NCBI RefSeq assembly: GCF_009914755.1
Contig: NC_060935.1
Origin: the human T2T-CHM13v2.0 reference genome, Homo sapiens
DNA: 64,000 nucleotides
Strand: one strand, 5' to 3'
The stretch's first letter is position 1. Every line of letters starts with the position of its first letter. This document shows, in pieces, positions 13,529-27,149 of this stretch. The notes beneath the pieces were generated by a model. It saw only the letters and a program-made list of their open reading frames with translations, searched no databases and was not told the origin of the DNA. The position numbers were made by a program, and so were the translations under genes.

Positions 13529-14163
13529 AAATTAGTACAACCTCTATGGAAAACAATATGGAGATTTCTAAAAGAACTAAACATAGAACTACCATTTGAT
13601 CTGGCAATACTACTACTGGGTATTTACCCAAGGGAAAATAAATCATTATATTAAAAAGATGCCTGCATAGGTATGTTTATCTCAGCACTATTCACAATTG
13701 CAAAGATATGGAATCAACCCAAGTATCCATCAGTGGATGATTGGATTTTTAAAATGTGGTGTATATATATATGTGCAATGGAATACTACTCAAGCATAAG
13801 AAGAACAAAATCATGTCTTTTGCAGCAACATGGATGGAACTGGAAGCAATTAAGTGAACTCAGAAACAGAAAATGAAACACTGCATGTTCTTAGTTATAA
13901 GTGGGAGTGAAATAATTCATATACGTGGGCATAGACACTGGAGTTATAAGCAGGAGTGAAATAATTCATACACATGGAATAATGGACACTGGAGACTGAG
14001 AAGAGTGGGAGGGGGGTGAGGGATGAGAAATTACTTGAGGAGTACAGTGTGCACTATTCAGGTAATGGCTATACTAAGAGCCCAGATTTCACCACTATGC
14101 AATATATCCATGTAACAAAACTGCACTTGTATCCCCAAAATCTATATACGTTTTAAAAAAAAA
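13529..14163 (+). mobile_element. L1MA 3' end inserted in a MIR
   Basis: ORF2 C-terminus (MFISALFTIAKIWNQPKYPSVDDWI), 3'UTR and A tail. MIR-like sequence on both sides. Confidence 0.9.
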
Positions 14164-15580
14164 TTATGTCTCATGGCATATGTAAGCACTCAATTAATTC
14201 GAGTTATTAATGTTAATATTTTAGGTGAGATTATATAAATACTTTTTTTGCACTCCTTTGCCACATTTTATCAGTTTTTAGCAGATAAGAATCTCAATGT
14301 ATAAACAACAACAGAGAAAACAACATTCACATTTTAAAATTTATTTTTAATCATTTTCACTTCAACACTAAGATTCCCATCCAGCTCTATAGACAGGAAG
14401 TTATACCTCAACCATTCTTGGGATTACCCCTTCCCCAGGTGTTACAAGGTTCTGGGGTCTTACATGGCATCAAGACTTTGAGATATGCTCAGTCATAGGT
14501 CATTCTTGCTGATACGCAGTCTTGCATAATCTGCAGGCCAGTTCTGGCCCAGAAGTACAGAATTACAGAAAAATATGGTTAGAAAAATAGGCTCAGGGAC
14601 CAAATCCAAATCCCCCAGGTTTAAATTCTGTCTCTGCTTAGCTGAACCTCAGTTTTCTAATCTATAAAATGGGGAGAATGATAATACTTAACCCATAGAG
14701 TTTATGTGAGAAATAAATGAATTAGAGCAGGTGTAAATGTTAGCTACTTTTTAAAATTAATTATAGCATGGGAACCTTGGACAGGGTTAGAGATTCCACT
14801 AAAGTTCTGCATCTTCTGGGTGGTACCGCTAAAGAGCAGAGAAAGAGTCATCATTCAAGGGACTCACAAATCTTTATCCCCTACCCAGTCTCTTGCTTGA
14901 TGCTTCTCAAAGGGCGCTATCCCTCACTTCTACCCCTCAGGACATCCAGCAAGATTTCTTCAGCAGGCTTGGATTTTTGGTGGAGAAAAGTCAGGAAAGG
15001 AAGATGTGGGTAGCCCCTACTCTCTATCTTACCACAAATCCTCGGGCAAAGAAGCATAAAGACTAGCTACCTGCTCAAAGCAGGGAAGGAAATGGGGAAA
15101 ATGTAGAGGAAAAAAACATAAAATAACATCTCGAATATCTATCCTGGCCTAAAAAATAAACGTAGCTTCATAAATAACTCAGAAAACTTTTTTTTCTTCC
15201 TTCTCTTAGCACCGGAAAAGTAATCATAAAAAAAATAAAGCCTCTCTTTTCCCCTCCTCCTCTACCCTCTCCACACTCCTCTCATACTCCTTTCAAAAAA
15301 AAATTGCCCATAAAATTTTCTGGATGAGAGAATTTTCTGGATGGGAGCACTTTCTGGAGGCAAATTTCTTACATTTAATAGACAAAAAACAAGCTAACAT
15401 CTGCCTTTTGATCTACATCAAAAACAAACTACCCCATGTCATGGATTTCACATGTGCTGGAAGCAGTTAGTGTAAAATCCATTGATCCAGGAAGTCTGGT
15501 GCCTGAATGATACCATCTCTTCATTAATTATTAAGAAATATGAGAGAAGGAAGATTACAAAGAAACAAGAAGCAAAAATA

Positions 15581-15923
<343 letters not shown>

Positions 15924-18540
15924 TTAGGCCTTTTATATATCATTTGCATGCTCGTATATGAGAAGGAAAATAGCAAGGTAAGTCTGTCGTTCCCATTTTA
16001 TGGATGAGAAAACAGGGTTATTGAGGTCATACCACCAGTAGATGGTGGAGCAAATATTTAAATCTAGTTGATTGATGCCTAAACCTATCCTTTCTACTGC
16101 ATCTCCACTGCTTTATAGCGAATTAATAACAAATATGAGAATCTTCCTCCCAAACTTCATTGTTGCAAAGTAAGATTTCTAATGGGTCTAGTTCTTTGAT
16201 AAGCTGTAAGCTGAGAGAAGACCTGTAAAAACTAATATATATTTATTAACATCAGAGTAAATTTCACTGCAGAATACAGGCCTCCTAAACATTTCTCTTG
16301 AAAAACCTGCATCCCAGATGAAGATCTTCTACCTTATGAGGGAACCTTTTTTAAAGCCATTTTGGCAAGGGGATGGTTGGGCTGAACATTTGGGTCTTTA
16401 AGGCCTTTTTAAAAAAAGGCTCACTTATATGTAGATTTGGGATTTTTTTCCAAATCCCCTATATGTGGATAGCCCCCCAAGTAAGAGACTGAGCCTTATT
16501 AATGGGAAAGGAATATCACCCGCTTCTATTTTCATGCAAATTGTCCCAGCAGAATAAAAAGGGGGACAGTGAAAGTGATGACACTGATCTAATTATCTGC
16601 AGGCCAATATCACTAACTTCCTGAAAGGAGCCCACAGAATGGCCTGACACAGACACACAAAACACAGCCAGGAAACAATCGGGACCTTAGCAACAAGGCA
16701 AAAACTGGCTCCTCTCTGCATAAAGAGCTGTTTTATGAGCATTTCTTGTTACTTTCAATTAAGCCCCACCACCCCCCACCTTAAGAAGGTCCATTTTTAA
16801 TCGATGCCCCTGTTGCCCTACAATCACTGACGTGTACCATTCCACCAGCTCTGCCTTCAAAACCAGCATCCACTCACATAGTTTCAAGCCCTGGTTCTGT
16901 GAGAGACATAGAACATAAGAATACGACTTCAGTGGTTATAAAGCCTCAGCATCCTGACAGTGTGCTACTTCACAAACTCTCTCATATGATCCTCAGAACC
17001 ACAGAGTGAAGCAAGTGTCAAAATCCTCACACTTAAGATGGGGAAAATGAAATCCAGGGAGATTAAGTCACCTGAAGAAACCTTCAGAGCCAGCAACTAT
17101 GGGTAAAGGTGACTGAAGTCCAAAACTCTTCATACCGCACCACACGGCAGCTATGTTGTTAATACATCGGCAAAAGGATTAAAATGAGAGCTGTCCCCTT
17201 AAAAGCAACTTTTAATTTAGTTCAGCAATGTCCTGGTTTACTTTAGTTCTTTGAACCCAGCCTGCTTGATCTGGGTCCTAAGGCCCTCCCATCTTTGCTG
17301 AGGAGTCTCTGCCCCATCCCAATTCTCTCACCACCACCTCCCAACCTGATGCTAGCTCTAATCCTACTTCAAATCCTGTCCCTGCCTTACCCCCATTCCC
17401 TATTGTCTAAGTATCATCACTGCCAAGAACCCTTGCTGGTGTATCATGAGTGGTTCTGGTTCCCAGGTAAAAATTCTGGCCACCTGATACCAGTCTGGAT
17501 TAAATCAAATTCTTGGCTATCCCCCTCAGAGGTCAGAGGTCAGGTCTCCCCTACAGAGAGCTTCATTCCTCCAACCTGAGCCCTCCCTGAGTCCAGCTCC
17601 AGTCACTTCTCCAGGGCCTGACTTTAAAGTTTCATACCCCGTGGCAGAGGTAGAGTAGAGTAGGGAATGATCCTGCCTGACTCCAAGGGAATGACTTGGA
17701 GTCGGGCAGAGACTTCGGTTTGCATCCCATTATATGAGCTGGGTAAGTTATGTCAGCTGTGTAAACTTTTTCAGTCTGCATTAGAAATAGAATACTATTC
17801 CCCTTATGAGAAACCTGGCACACTATCATTCTGCAATAAAGGGTAGGTGTTTTCATTACTTGTCAGCTATTCCCTAAGGTTTGTCCATGGCCATTACTTT
17901 TTTACTTGTATTTAATCAAAATTCCCCCTATTATTATTTGAATATAACTTTATATTCAAATTAAATGATAATAAGTTGCTTACTACCTATGAATAGCTAA
18001 TACTATTTAAGGAGTGAATAAATGACTAAATAAATCAATGAATAATCACAGCAATGAGTCAAACCATTTGATATACCTGGAGTAAATGAATCAATTCCAT
18101 TTAACAAATACATATAAATAGCTATTACATCCCAGGCACCCTGCGATGTCCTAGGTAAATAGTAGTGAATAAGACAGACAGGATGTTTACCTTCATGAAG
18201 CTTACCGTTCAGCAATTACTCTCTCCTTCCTATGGATTTTGATATGCGATCTATTACAACACTGAGCAAACTGTATTGGAACTATTTGCTTTGGAAGTTG
18301 CCTTCTCTTCCATGAAGAGCACCTGGCCTGTGAGCACCATGAAGGCAAAGACTGGGTCTTGATCACCTCTGGGCTCCAGCACTTGGCCCAGTGCCTGCTA
18401 ATAATTCTATGTATAGCCCAATCTCTCAATCCTAATAGAGATTTTACTATTTTCTCTGGGCTTTCCTTAAGTGTTCACATTCCTGTTTATCTCCTCCTAA
18501 CAAGAATTCAGGCAGGAAACTTCCTAGAATTTGCCCATCA

Positions 18541-18756
<216 letters not shown>

Positions 18757-20952
18757 CTAGGCTGATCAAGAAAAGGCAGCTAGTTACGTTTCAGACACTG
18801 GAACACACAGGATGTGCCAGGGCTTCCTCACCTTCCTTCTTGTGTCACAGTTGGAGGGAAAAACATATGGTAAGCACCAACAATTATTTGTGCCTACTTA
18901 TACAGTAAGTGGAGAGCAGGAAGCCTGAATCCACCCACCTCACTCTCTTCCCCAACCCTTTCTGTTGTAGCTAAAGATGGTGAACATCTGACAGCAGGCA
19001 GTTTTCACCTTGCCACAGAGGAAACCTTAGGAGTAAATGGTGCCCAGTAGGTCATTTCATAAAGCAGATGAGAGCAGAGCTCTTCTGATGGAAGTGAAGG
19101 TGTGAGGTCCAGAATGCCACCTGCTCAGCCCCCTCCTTGTCCCTTGCACTTGGTAGGCGTGGGGTTGCAAGCAGATGGGGAGAACTGGGAAAAGGATGAG
19201 GAGGTTATGGTTCATAAAGAGAAGCCACGATGCTGCAGAGCACTGGGGATTTTATATTCTTTAGGGTTTTATTATGCCAAAACAATGGCGGGAGAACACA
19301 GTTAGGAATGAATGATAACTGGCTTCCAGGATCCTCACTAACCATGGTGATTATCTCTCAGCCAAAGTCTACAGGCAGCAGACTGATAAGAGACACATCA
19401 GTTCTTCTGTTTACAATTCATTTAGAGCTTTTTGTTTTTTCATTTATGTGGAAGCCAGTTTATTCAGGCCTCCAAGATAGGTCTCTAGTCACCAGGGAAA
19501 CATTTGTCCTTTATCCCTTAACTACCTCTTGACTCCTCAAAACCAGAGAGGAAAATATACCTAACCAGATGGTAAGACAGGTCTGAGTTCACGCAAGACC
19601 TTCTTTCAAAGGCTGTGGAGGCAGGAGCCTGTGTAACCGCATCAGCCTGTAGCCAGGCATCCTCCGGAGGCCCCTCTCCCACCACACCCCAGCTCTGGGC
19701 AGCTGCTTCCCAGCTGCAGTGCTTGCCAACCCTCAGACTGGAGGGAGGGAAATGAAACCATAGCCATTTATCACCTGTCAAAAATTCAGACTCCACTTGT
19801 CCTGAACATCACAGCCAGACACACTAAGATAAGCACCAGTCAGAGGACAAGAAGGGGAATGTGAGGGAGAGCCAAGGGGCCTGTAGCCCACTTGCAGAGA
19901 AGAAGATAGTAACATAACAGAACATTTTGCCAGTATCTTCCTGTCCTTGACCTAAATAGGGCAGCAGAGTCTGTGGATGTGCGTTTCTCTAGGAGTAAAA
20001 TGATCTGGCTGAGGGTTTCTGTTCCACTCCTTCACTGTGCCTTTCAGAAACTTACCTGGGCCTCCTAAGACCTGGCTGCTTCTTCTGTGGAGAGAGAATA
20101 ATAGGAACATCTGCTTCAAGATTTTCATAAAGGTCAACTAAGAAATGTGACAAGGTTTGTGAACTATAAAGCACTAAACATAAGTGAGTATTAAGAGCAT
20201 CTAAAGGCTCTCTAGAGTCTGGTTTTGAGTGTATTCATCAAATTATCATCTGCCTGTTTTCTGTTTTGTCCTATGTATGACCTAGGACAAAGCAAAGGAA
20301 TCAGTGACTGCCAATTGTCATGTTGCCTGGGACAATAGCCTAATTAGATCACCGAAGAAGACTGCAAGGTGGAGAGGAAATCACATAGGCCTGAAGGCAG
20401 ATAAGCAATTACCAGCTACAGGGCCTTGGGCACATTACCTTATGTTTTTGTTTGTGCACTCTTATCGGTGATATCAGGCCAACGGCACATACCTTCTGAG
20501 TTGGGGTGATTGGTAAGCTGTCTAAACTTCCCAGTTGGTAGGTGGAGATAAGCATGATTATGCTTGTCCAGGTCACTAAGACAAAATATCTTGAAATTAG
20601 TACTCCTGTAACGAGGGTGCAATTTAACAAACTACTATTTCATATTTTCTTTAATTGCTCCAATTATCCTCAAAACTTACAGGAGAGAGAAGACAAATTT
20701 TTCAATTCATGGTATCTCTTTCTCTTCATGTTTAACAGTCTCTTTTGTGTATGTTGGTGTCTTTGGGGTCAATGCTCTTTTGACTTTCTCTCCCTTCCTC
20801 TGATCCACCTAGAAATGGCATTTGGGTCAGTGAGGAGGAGCTTACCTGGACTTGCCGCAGTTGAAGAGCAGGGTCCTCACATTTCTCCAGAAAGTTCCTT
20901 ATATTGTACTCTCATTTGGCCTCTAGACTGGGACACGATGAGGTGTTGCTGA

Positions 20953-21406
<454 letters not shown>

Positions 21407-22043
21407 TAATCTCCTTGGCACATCTGAGCCCCATCACCAAACCAAGCAGAAACTTTCGAATTCCCTGTGCGTCCTGCACAGACCAGGGCAATCAGCAGTA
21501 CTATCTTACACTATCTATCTAGACCACTTGTCAGCCACTGCTGCACTGTACAGCTTCTGCCTCAGCTTAGGCTCAGTGCTAACCAGAATGCACAACTTCT
21601 TCTAGAGGCTTGCTGCGTCCCTAAGCCCTGGACCCAGGCCAGTATTTCTAATGCCTTCAGTTGTCTTATGCCTCTCTGAAGACTTCCATGGTGCACACAC
21701 ATAAACACACACACACACACATCCCTCACACAAACACATATACACACACACCTCAAAGTTATACCCTAAAAAGAGGGGAAAATGAGGACGCTGGTGTTCG
21801 TCTGTCTTACCCTACCATGCTCTCTCTCCTCCTTCTAAGATTAACAATGCCAGAAGAGGTGGGATTTCTCTAGTTATTTCTCATGAGTCAGAGCCTTTTC
21901 CTATGTACCCTGAGCATTCCTTGTATTATGGTTTATAGTAATTTTTAAAATTATACTTTACTAATGTGTCATAAAATCAATTTAGCAGGCCAAGACCAGA
22001 TTTTTAGAAATAAAATCTAAAACACAATAAAAAGTGTCAATCA

Positions 22044-22516
<473 letters not shown>

Positions 22517-23639
22517 TAAAAATCACTAGCTACATTTAAATGAGCTTGTTGAAAAATTCAAAAATAAATAAATAGAAATTCAAGCAATGCTTTTGGTATG
22601 TAAAGATAGCTTAAGACTTAAAAAATCAATCCTGGCCGGGCAAAATGGTGCATCCCTGTCGCTACTTGGTAGGCTGAGGCAGGAAGACTGCTTGAATATG
22701 GGACTTTGAGACCAGCATTGGCAACAGAGCAATAACACCATCTCAAAAAAAAAATAAAAAAGGAAAAAAATCAATCTTTTCTGTCAAAAATGTCTGATCT
22801 CAAAACCGTTGTTTTACTAGAAATTCATGGAAGAATTCAGGGGTGAAGCTGAATTCTGAGTAATGGACATTTTGCTATGGTGGTATCTACTCTTGCAGTG
22901 ACAGATGATGACATTGAGTCATTGAGTGAAGAGCTACAAAGCAGCAAGATTTATAATATATTAAAAATAATCTGAATAGTCCAAAAAGTATGATGCCCAA
23001 TACACTTTTAGAAAGGTGTATAGTATACACCACTAGCAGACCTGGCCCAAAGAGCACACTAGGATTCAATGAGCTCTTACTCCCAGCGCTTTGCCAGACA
23101 TCCCAGAATCAAGGATATCCTGACTGACTTACATCCTGCCACGAATGATCTATTAGTAATCCTGTGATTATCTTCAACCAAACTGAGTTATTCACCATTT
23201 TAAAGGCCAAATTTAGGAGTGAGCCTGCCAGGCTACTTTCCAACATCCTGGTTCATAAGGGGAGCCAAAGCAGGTCTGGAATAAATGTCAACAGATGGTT
23301 TTAAACAACTAACTGCAGCCCAGTTTCACCAGAAACATCCACCAATCGAGTCAGGAGAAAGCCTCAGAGCACCTTGTGCCATATAAGTAAGAAGAGTGCC
23401 TCAGAGTTTGGGTTGATCCAGAAAAGACCACCCCTCTTTTGAGTTCTGTGCCCCTGACAGGACCCTCACTCTCTCTCCTCCCTGTCCCTCCAGCACTCAC
23501 AGCCTACACCCCTCCTGCCTGGAGACCATCAGGGTTACCTCATATGCCGTTTACATCTACTTAAGTCAGACACCAAAAAGAGTGTGGAGCTTCCTTGTCC
23601 TCTGGGCTCTTATCCCCATTTGGCTTGCTATATTCACTT

Positions 23640-24900
23640 TTCTGATGCCATCTACCTGGGGAGATGTCTGAGGAAACGCTTCCGCTATATCCCCCTGGAA
23701 ATCAGAGCCAGTCATCAGCAAATCCCATACATCTTCAATCTTGTACTCTCCCTTGGCCTTCTTGGTCTAACAGACATCTGACTCTCCCAGGAGGACATTG
23801 CTTCTCCAGAAACCCTCTCAAGTGGTTGCTGTTTTATCTCCAAACTCCTTGTACCACACAGATCCCTGGTGGGGGTAAAAGTTTTCCTTGCCCATCTTGA
23901 TGCTTGTTGACCACTTCACCCCTCTGCCTTAACACTCTGCTTTTAATCACATCACCAGGCTATACAATCCCCTATTCCCACTTCATTGCTGTCATCTACT
24001 GACCTCTAAGTCATGCTCCCTCATTTCTTGAAGATTATATCTCACTTTTGCTCTCATTTAGTTTAAATCAATAATTTCACTGAGACATAATTTAAATAAT
24101 CATGCAGCTCTTCCTCCCTGTATCCTGGCTCATGTATTCATTGACCTCATCTCCTCCATTGTCTCACACCCTCGTCTAGCCATCATTCCCATGGTCATGT
24201 ACTGCACCTTATTATTCCCAATACTTGCAAATTTTACCTAATTTGAGTTTCAAGCAACCCACTCTCTGATCATCCCCCCTCTTATCTTTCCAGTTTGAGT
24301 GTCCCAATTCCAGCAAGTTTTTGACCCCACAGAGACCTCCAATCTACAGATACCACTCCTTTTCACCACCCCCTCGCCCCAACTATCAGTACCTGTGGAG
24401 GCTTCACTCCCCTCCCTTCCATATCTAGCTTAGAGCATATTCTCATCATCATAATTTCTCTCTTCAACTATATTTTCCCTTTCTTGCTTTATTATACTCT
24501 TCTTGAAAAGCTCCAACCTCAGTGAGATTCACCTCTTCACTCCCAGCCTACACCTGAGCAGCTGAACCTGGCTGAAGATCAACACACAACCATGCTGACC
24601 AGTCTGATTTTAAGTCCATTACTTTAAGCTCAAGCAGGCCCTTGTAACTGCTCAGGAATCATCTTCCAGATCCATTCACTCTTCCACTTTCTTCACTGAG
24701 GAAATAGCAACAGTCACATAGAACTTTCAGAAGTTGCATCACTACATTTGACCTAATGCATTTGTCTGTGCCCACATTCGCCTCCTTCCTTCTCGTTACT
24801 GTGAATGGATTGTCTTTACTCCTACTTCAGGCCAACCTGTCCACTTGTATATGAGATGCCGTCCCCACTCCCTTAGTTAAAAAGGCATCATTCCAGAAAA
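23640..24900 (-). mobile_element. L2 ORF2-derived fragments
   Basis: Pyrimidine-rich decayed L2-like sequence (CACTTCACTGAGAAAATAG-like and TCATCTACTGACCTC motifs). Confidence 0.6.
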
Positions 24901-27149
24901 TCTCTTCTCCTTTTCGGTAATTCCAAAGCAGTTGCACCATCTTATTAATATATTCTCACCAGTCATGTATGAAAGTTTTGATTTTCCCCCACCTTTGCTA
25001 GCATATGCTATTTTCCACTTTTTGTCATTTTGTTATCATAGCCATCTTATGTGTTTGAAGTAGTATCATATGATTTTGATTTGCATTTTCCTAATGGCTA
25101 ATGATATTGAATATCTTTTCATGCATTTGTTAACCATTTGTGTATATAGGTTTTTTCTAGAAAAATCTATTTTAGTTTTTTGTCCATTTTTTTCTTTAAG
25201 GTTTTTATGCTTTGCAAATACTTTCTAGCACCAGACATGTAGAAGAAATTTACCCACAACCTTACTACCCCCAGTAATGTAGCAAGTGTTTTTTGTGTTT
25301 CCAAGTTTATCTACACACATAATTTTTTAATTCTTTTTTTAAATTGTGATAAACTATACATAACATAAAATTTGCCTAGTATACACAGTGGCTGCCAGGT
25401 AAATGTATATTTAATGAATGAATAAAGGCACAAGTAATGAAATAAAAGTCCCACACCTTAGGCTGACTAGTCCCAGATGCCACCCCCATCTCCAGAACAG
25501 TTTCCTGTACTTTTCTGAGAGAAGACTAGAGCTGTTAACTTCTTTCAGCAGTGCTGAGTTAGCAGAGAGAAATTGCTAGCCTTGTTTCCTGGGCTCAGCT
25601 GGCTGGGCTCCAAGCTCCATGGCTGGCCCTGGGTTCTGGGGAAAAAGAGAAGGGCAGCTATAGATCACTGCTTGTGTGAAGTAAGCAACACTTGCTTCCG
25701 CAAAGAAAATGTCTTCTTTATTCACCTTCACCTCAGCCAGAAGAGCTCCGGACCAGCCAGCTTTGTCCCCAGACCCTTTCTCCTCCATCTCAGGAAGCCG
25801 AGAGTCAGAGCCCATTCCCTCAGTTCTGGTGTGTGTGGTCTGAGTCTCAATTCTGTCTAGCAGACAGCATGGAGGACCAAGGTCAGCAAGGTCATCAGAA
25901 TGCTAAGAGGAAATCTGATTGATGAGCAAGTGTCAGCAGGAATGAATGGGAACCTTAATTAATGACTTCTGCCCTGTTTCAAAGAAAGGTTCTCTTATAC
26001 CCAGTTCTCTCTTTTCTCTGAAAAAAAAAAATTGGGGTGGGTGAGGAACTGAGGAAAAAAAGGAGGAAAAAACACTCCTATAATCCAAAGTTTTCTAAAT
26101 GACATAAAGGAGACTTCAAAGACAGGCATGGTAGGTTTTTTATGTGCAAGACTGGTTCAGTGATTCTCTCCTCTCTTTGTTTCCATGGACAGCTAGGCTC
26201 CTTTCCAAAGCTAAAAAATAAAAGGCCACTTTGTTCTGAGGGGAGCTAGCTTTTACAAGAAATTTCCTCCTCACCAGTGGGGCAAATTAACTGCCTCAGT
26301 CCTGGGTACTCTGGGAGCATCCCTCCAGAGCCAGCTCAGCAGTCCAGCTTCCCACTCCTGCCAGAAGATACATATATGCAAAATCCATATAGTCCACTCC
26401 ACATAGAAAACTGACTTGATCAAAGTCAGTGTGAGAAGTGTGATAATAGAGGACTGTTCCAGGTTCGTTTGCAACAAAGAGGAGGCAATATCAGCAAAAA
26501 TAGGCTACAGAGGATTCCTAGAATAGATGGTGTCTGCACTGAGGTTTACCTTCATAATATTAGTCGTAACTCAGCATTGAACATCTGCCACATGCCTGGT
26601 CCCGAGGCTGGCTGATGCAGAATATAAAGTTCGACTCACAACTCAGCAAGTCACTTCAAATCTGTGTTCTCTGAATCCTCACCTCTAAAGTGGAGATCAT
26701 CATACCTGTTTCCAGATGTTGCTGAAGAAGCGATGAAATGAGATTCCTTATGTTAAATTCTTATGCAGTAACTGGGACATAGAAGATAATCAATAAATAA
26801 TAGTTTAGAAAGGCAGAGGGGGGTCAGTATCCCTGCCCAGTGAAAACAACAAACATAAAAAACACTTAATCACATTGTGATGTTACAAAGCCAAAAGAGG
26901 TGTGCACAAAGTATAGGGGAAAAAAAGGATTCAACTGTGAACCTGTCTGGTCTTGGGCTTTTTTTGTTGTTGTTGGAAGATTTTTTATTCTTCCAATCAA
27001 GATTTGATTCTTCCAATTAATAGCATTAAATAGGTCAAAATTTTTAAAGGCTAACGGGAAGAATGGAGATACTCAAAATAGGAAGTTTTCTCCCCTTTTT
27101 ATTCTGTCAAAAAGGAAGAAGAGAAATCGGGAAAAATAGTTTGGAGGAG

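Noticed and set aside
16035-16047. CTCF-like motif CCAGTAGATGGTG
   Set aside because: Single imperfect match inside MIR-like sequence; motif alone is insufficient.
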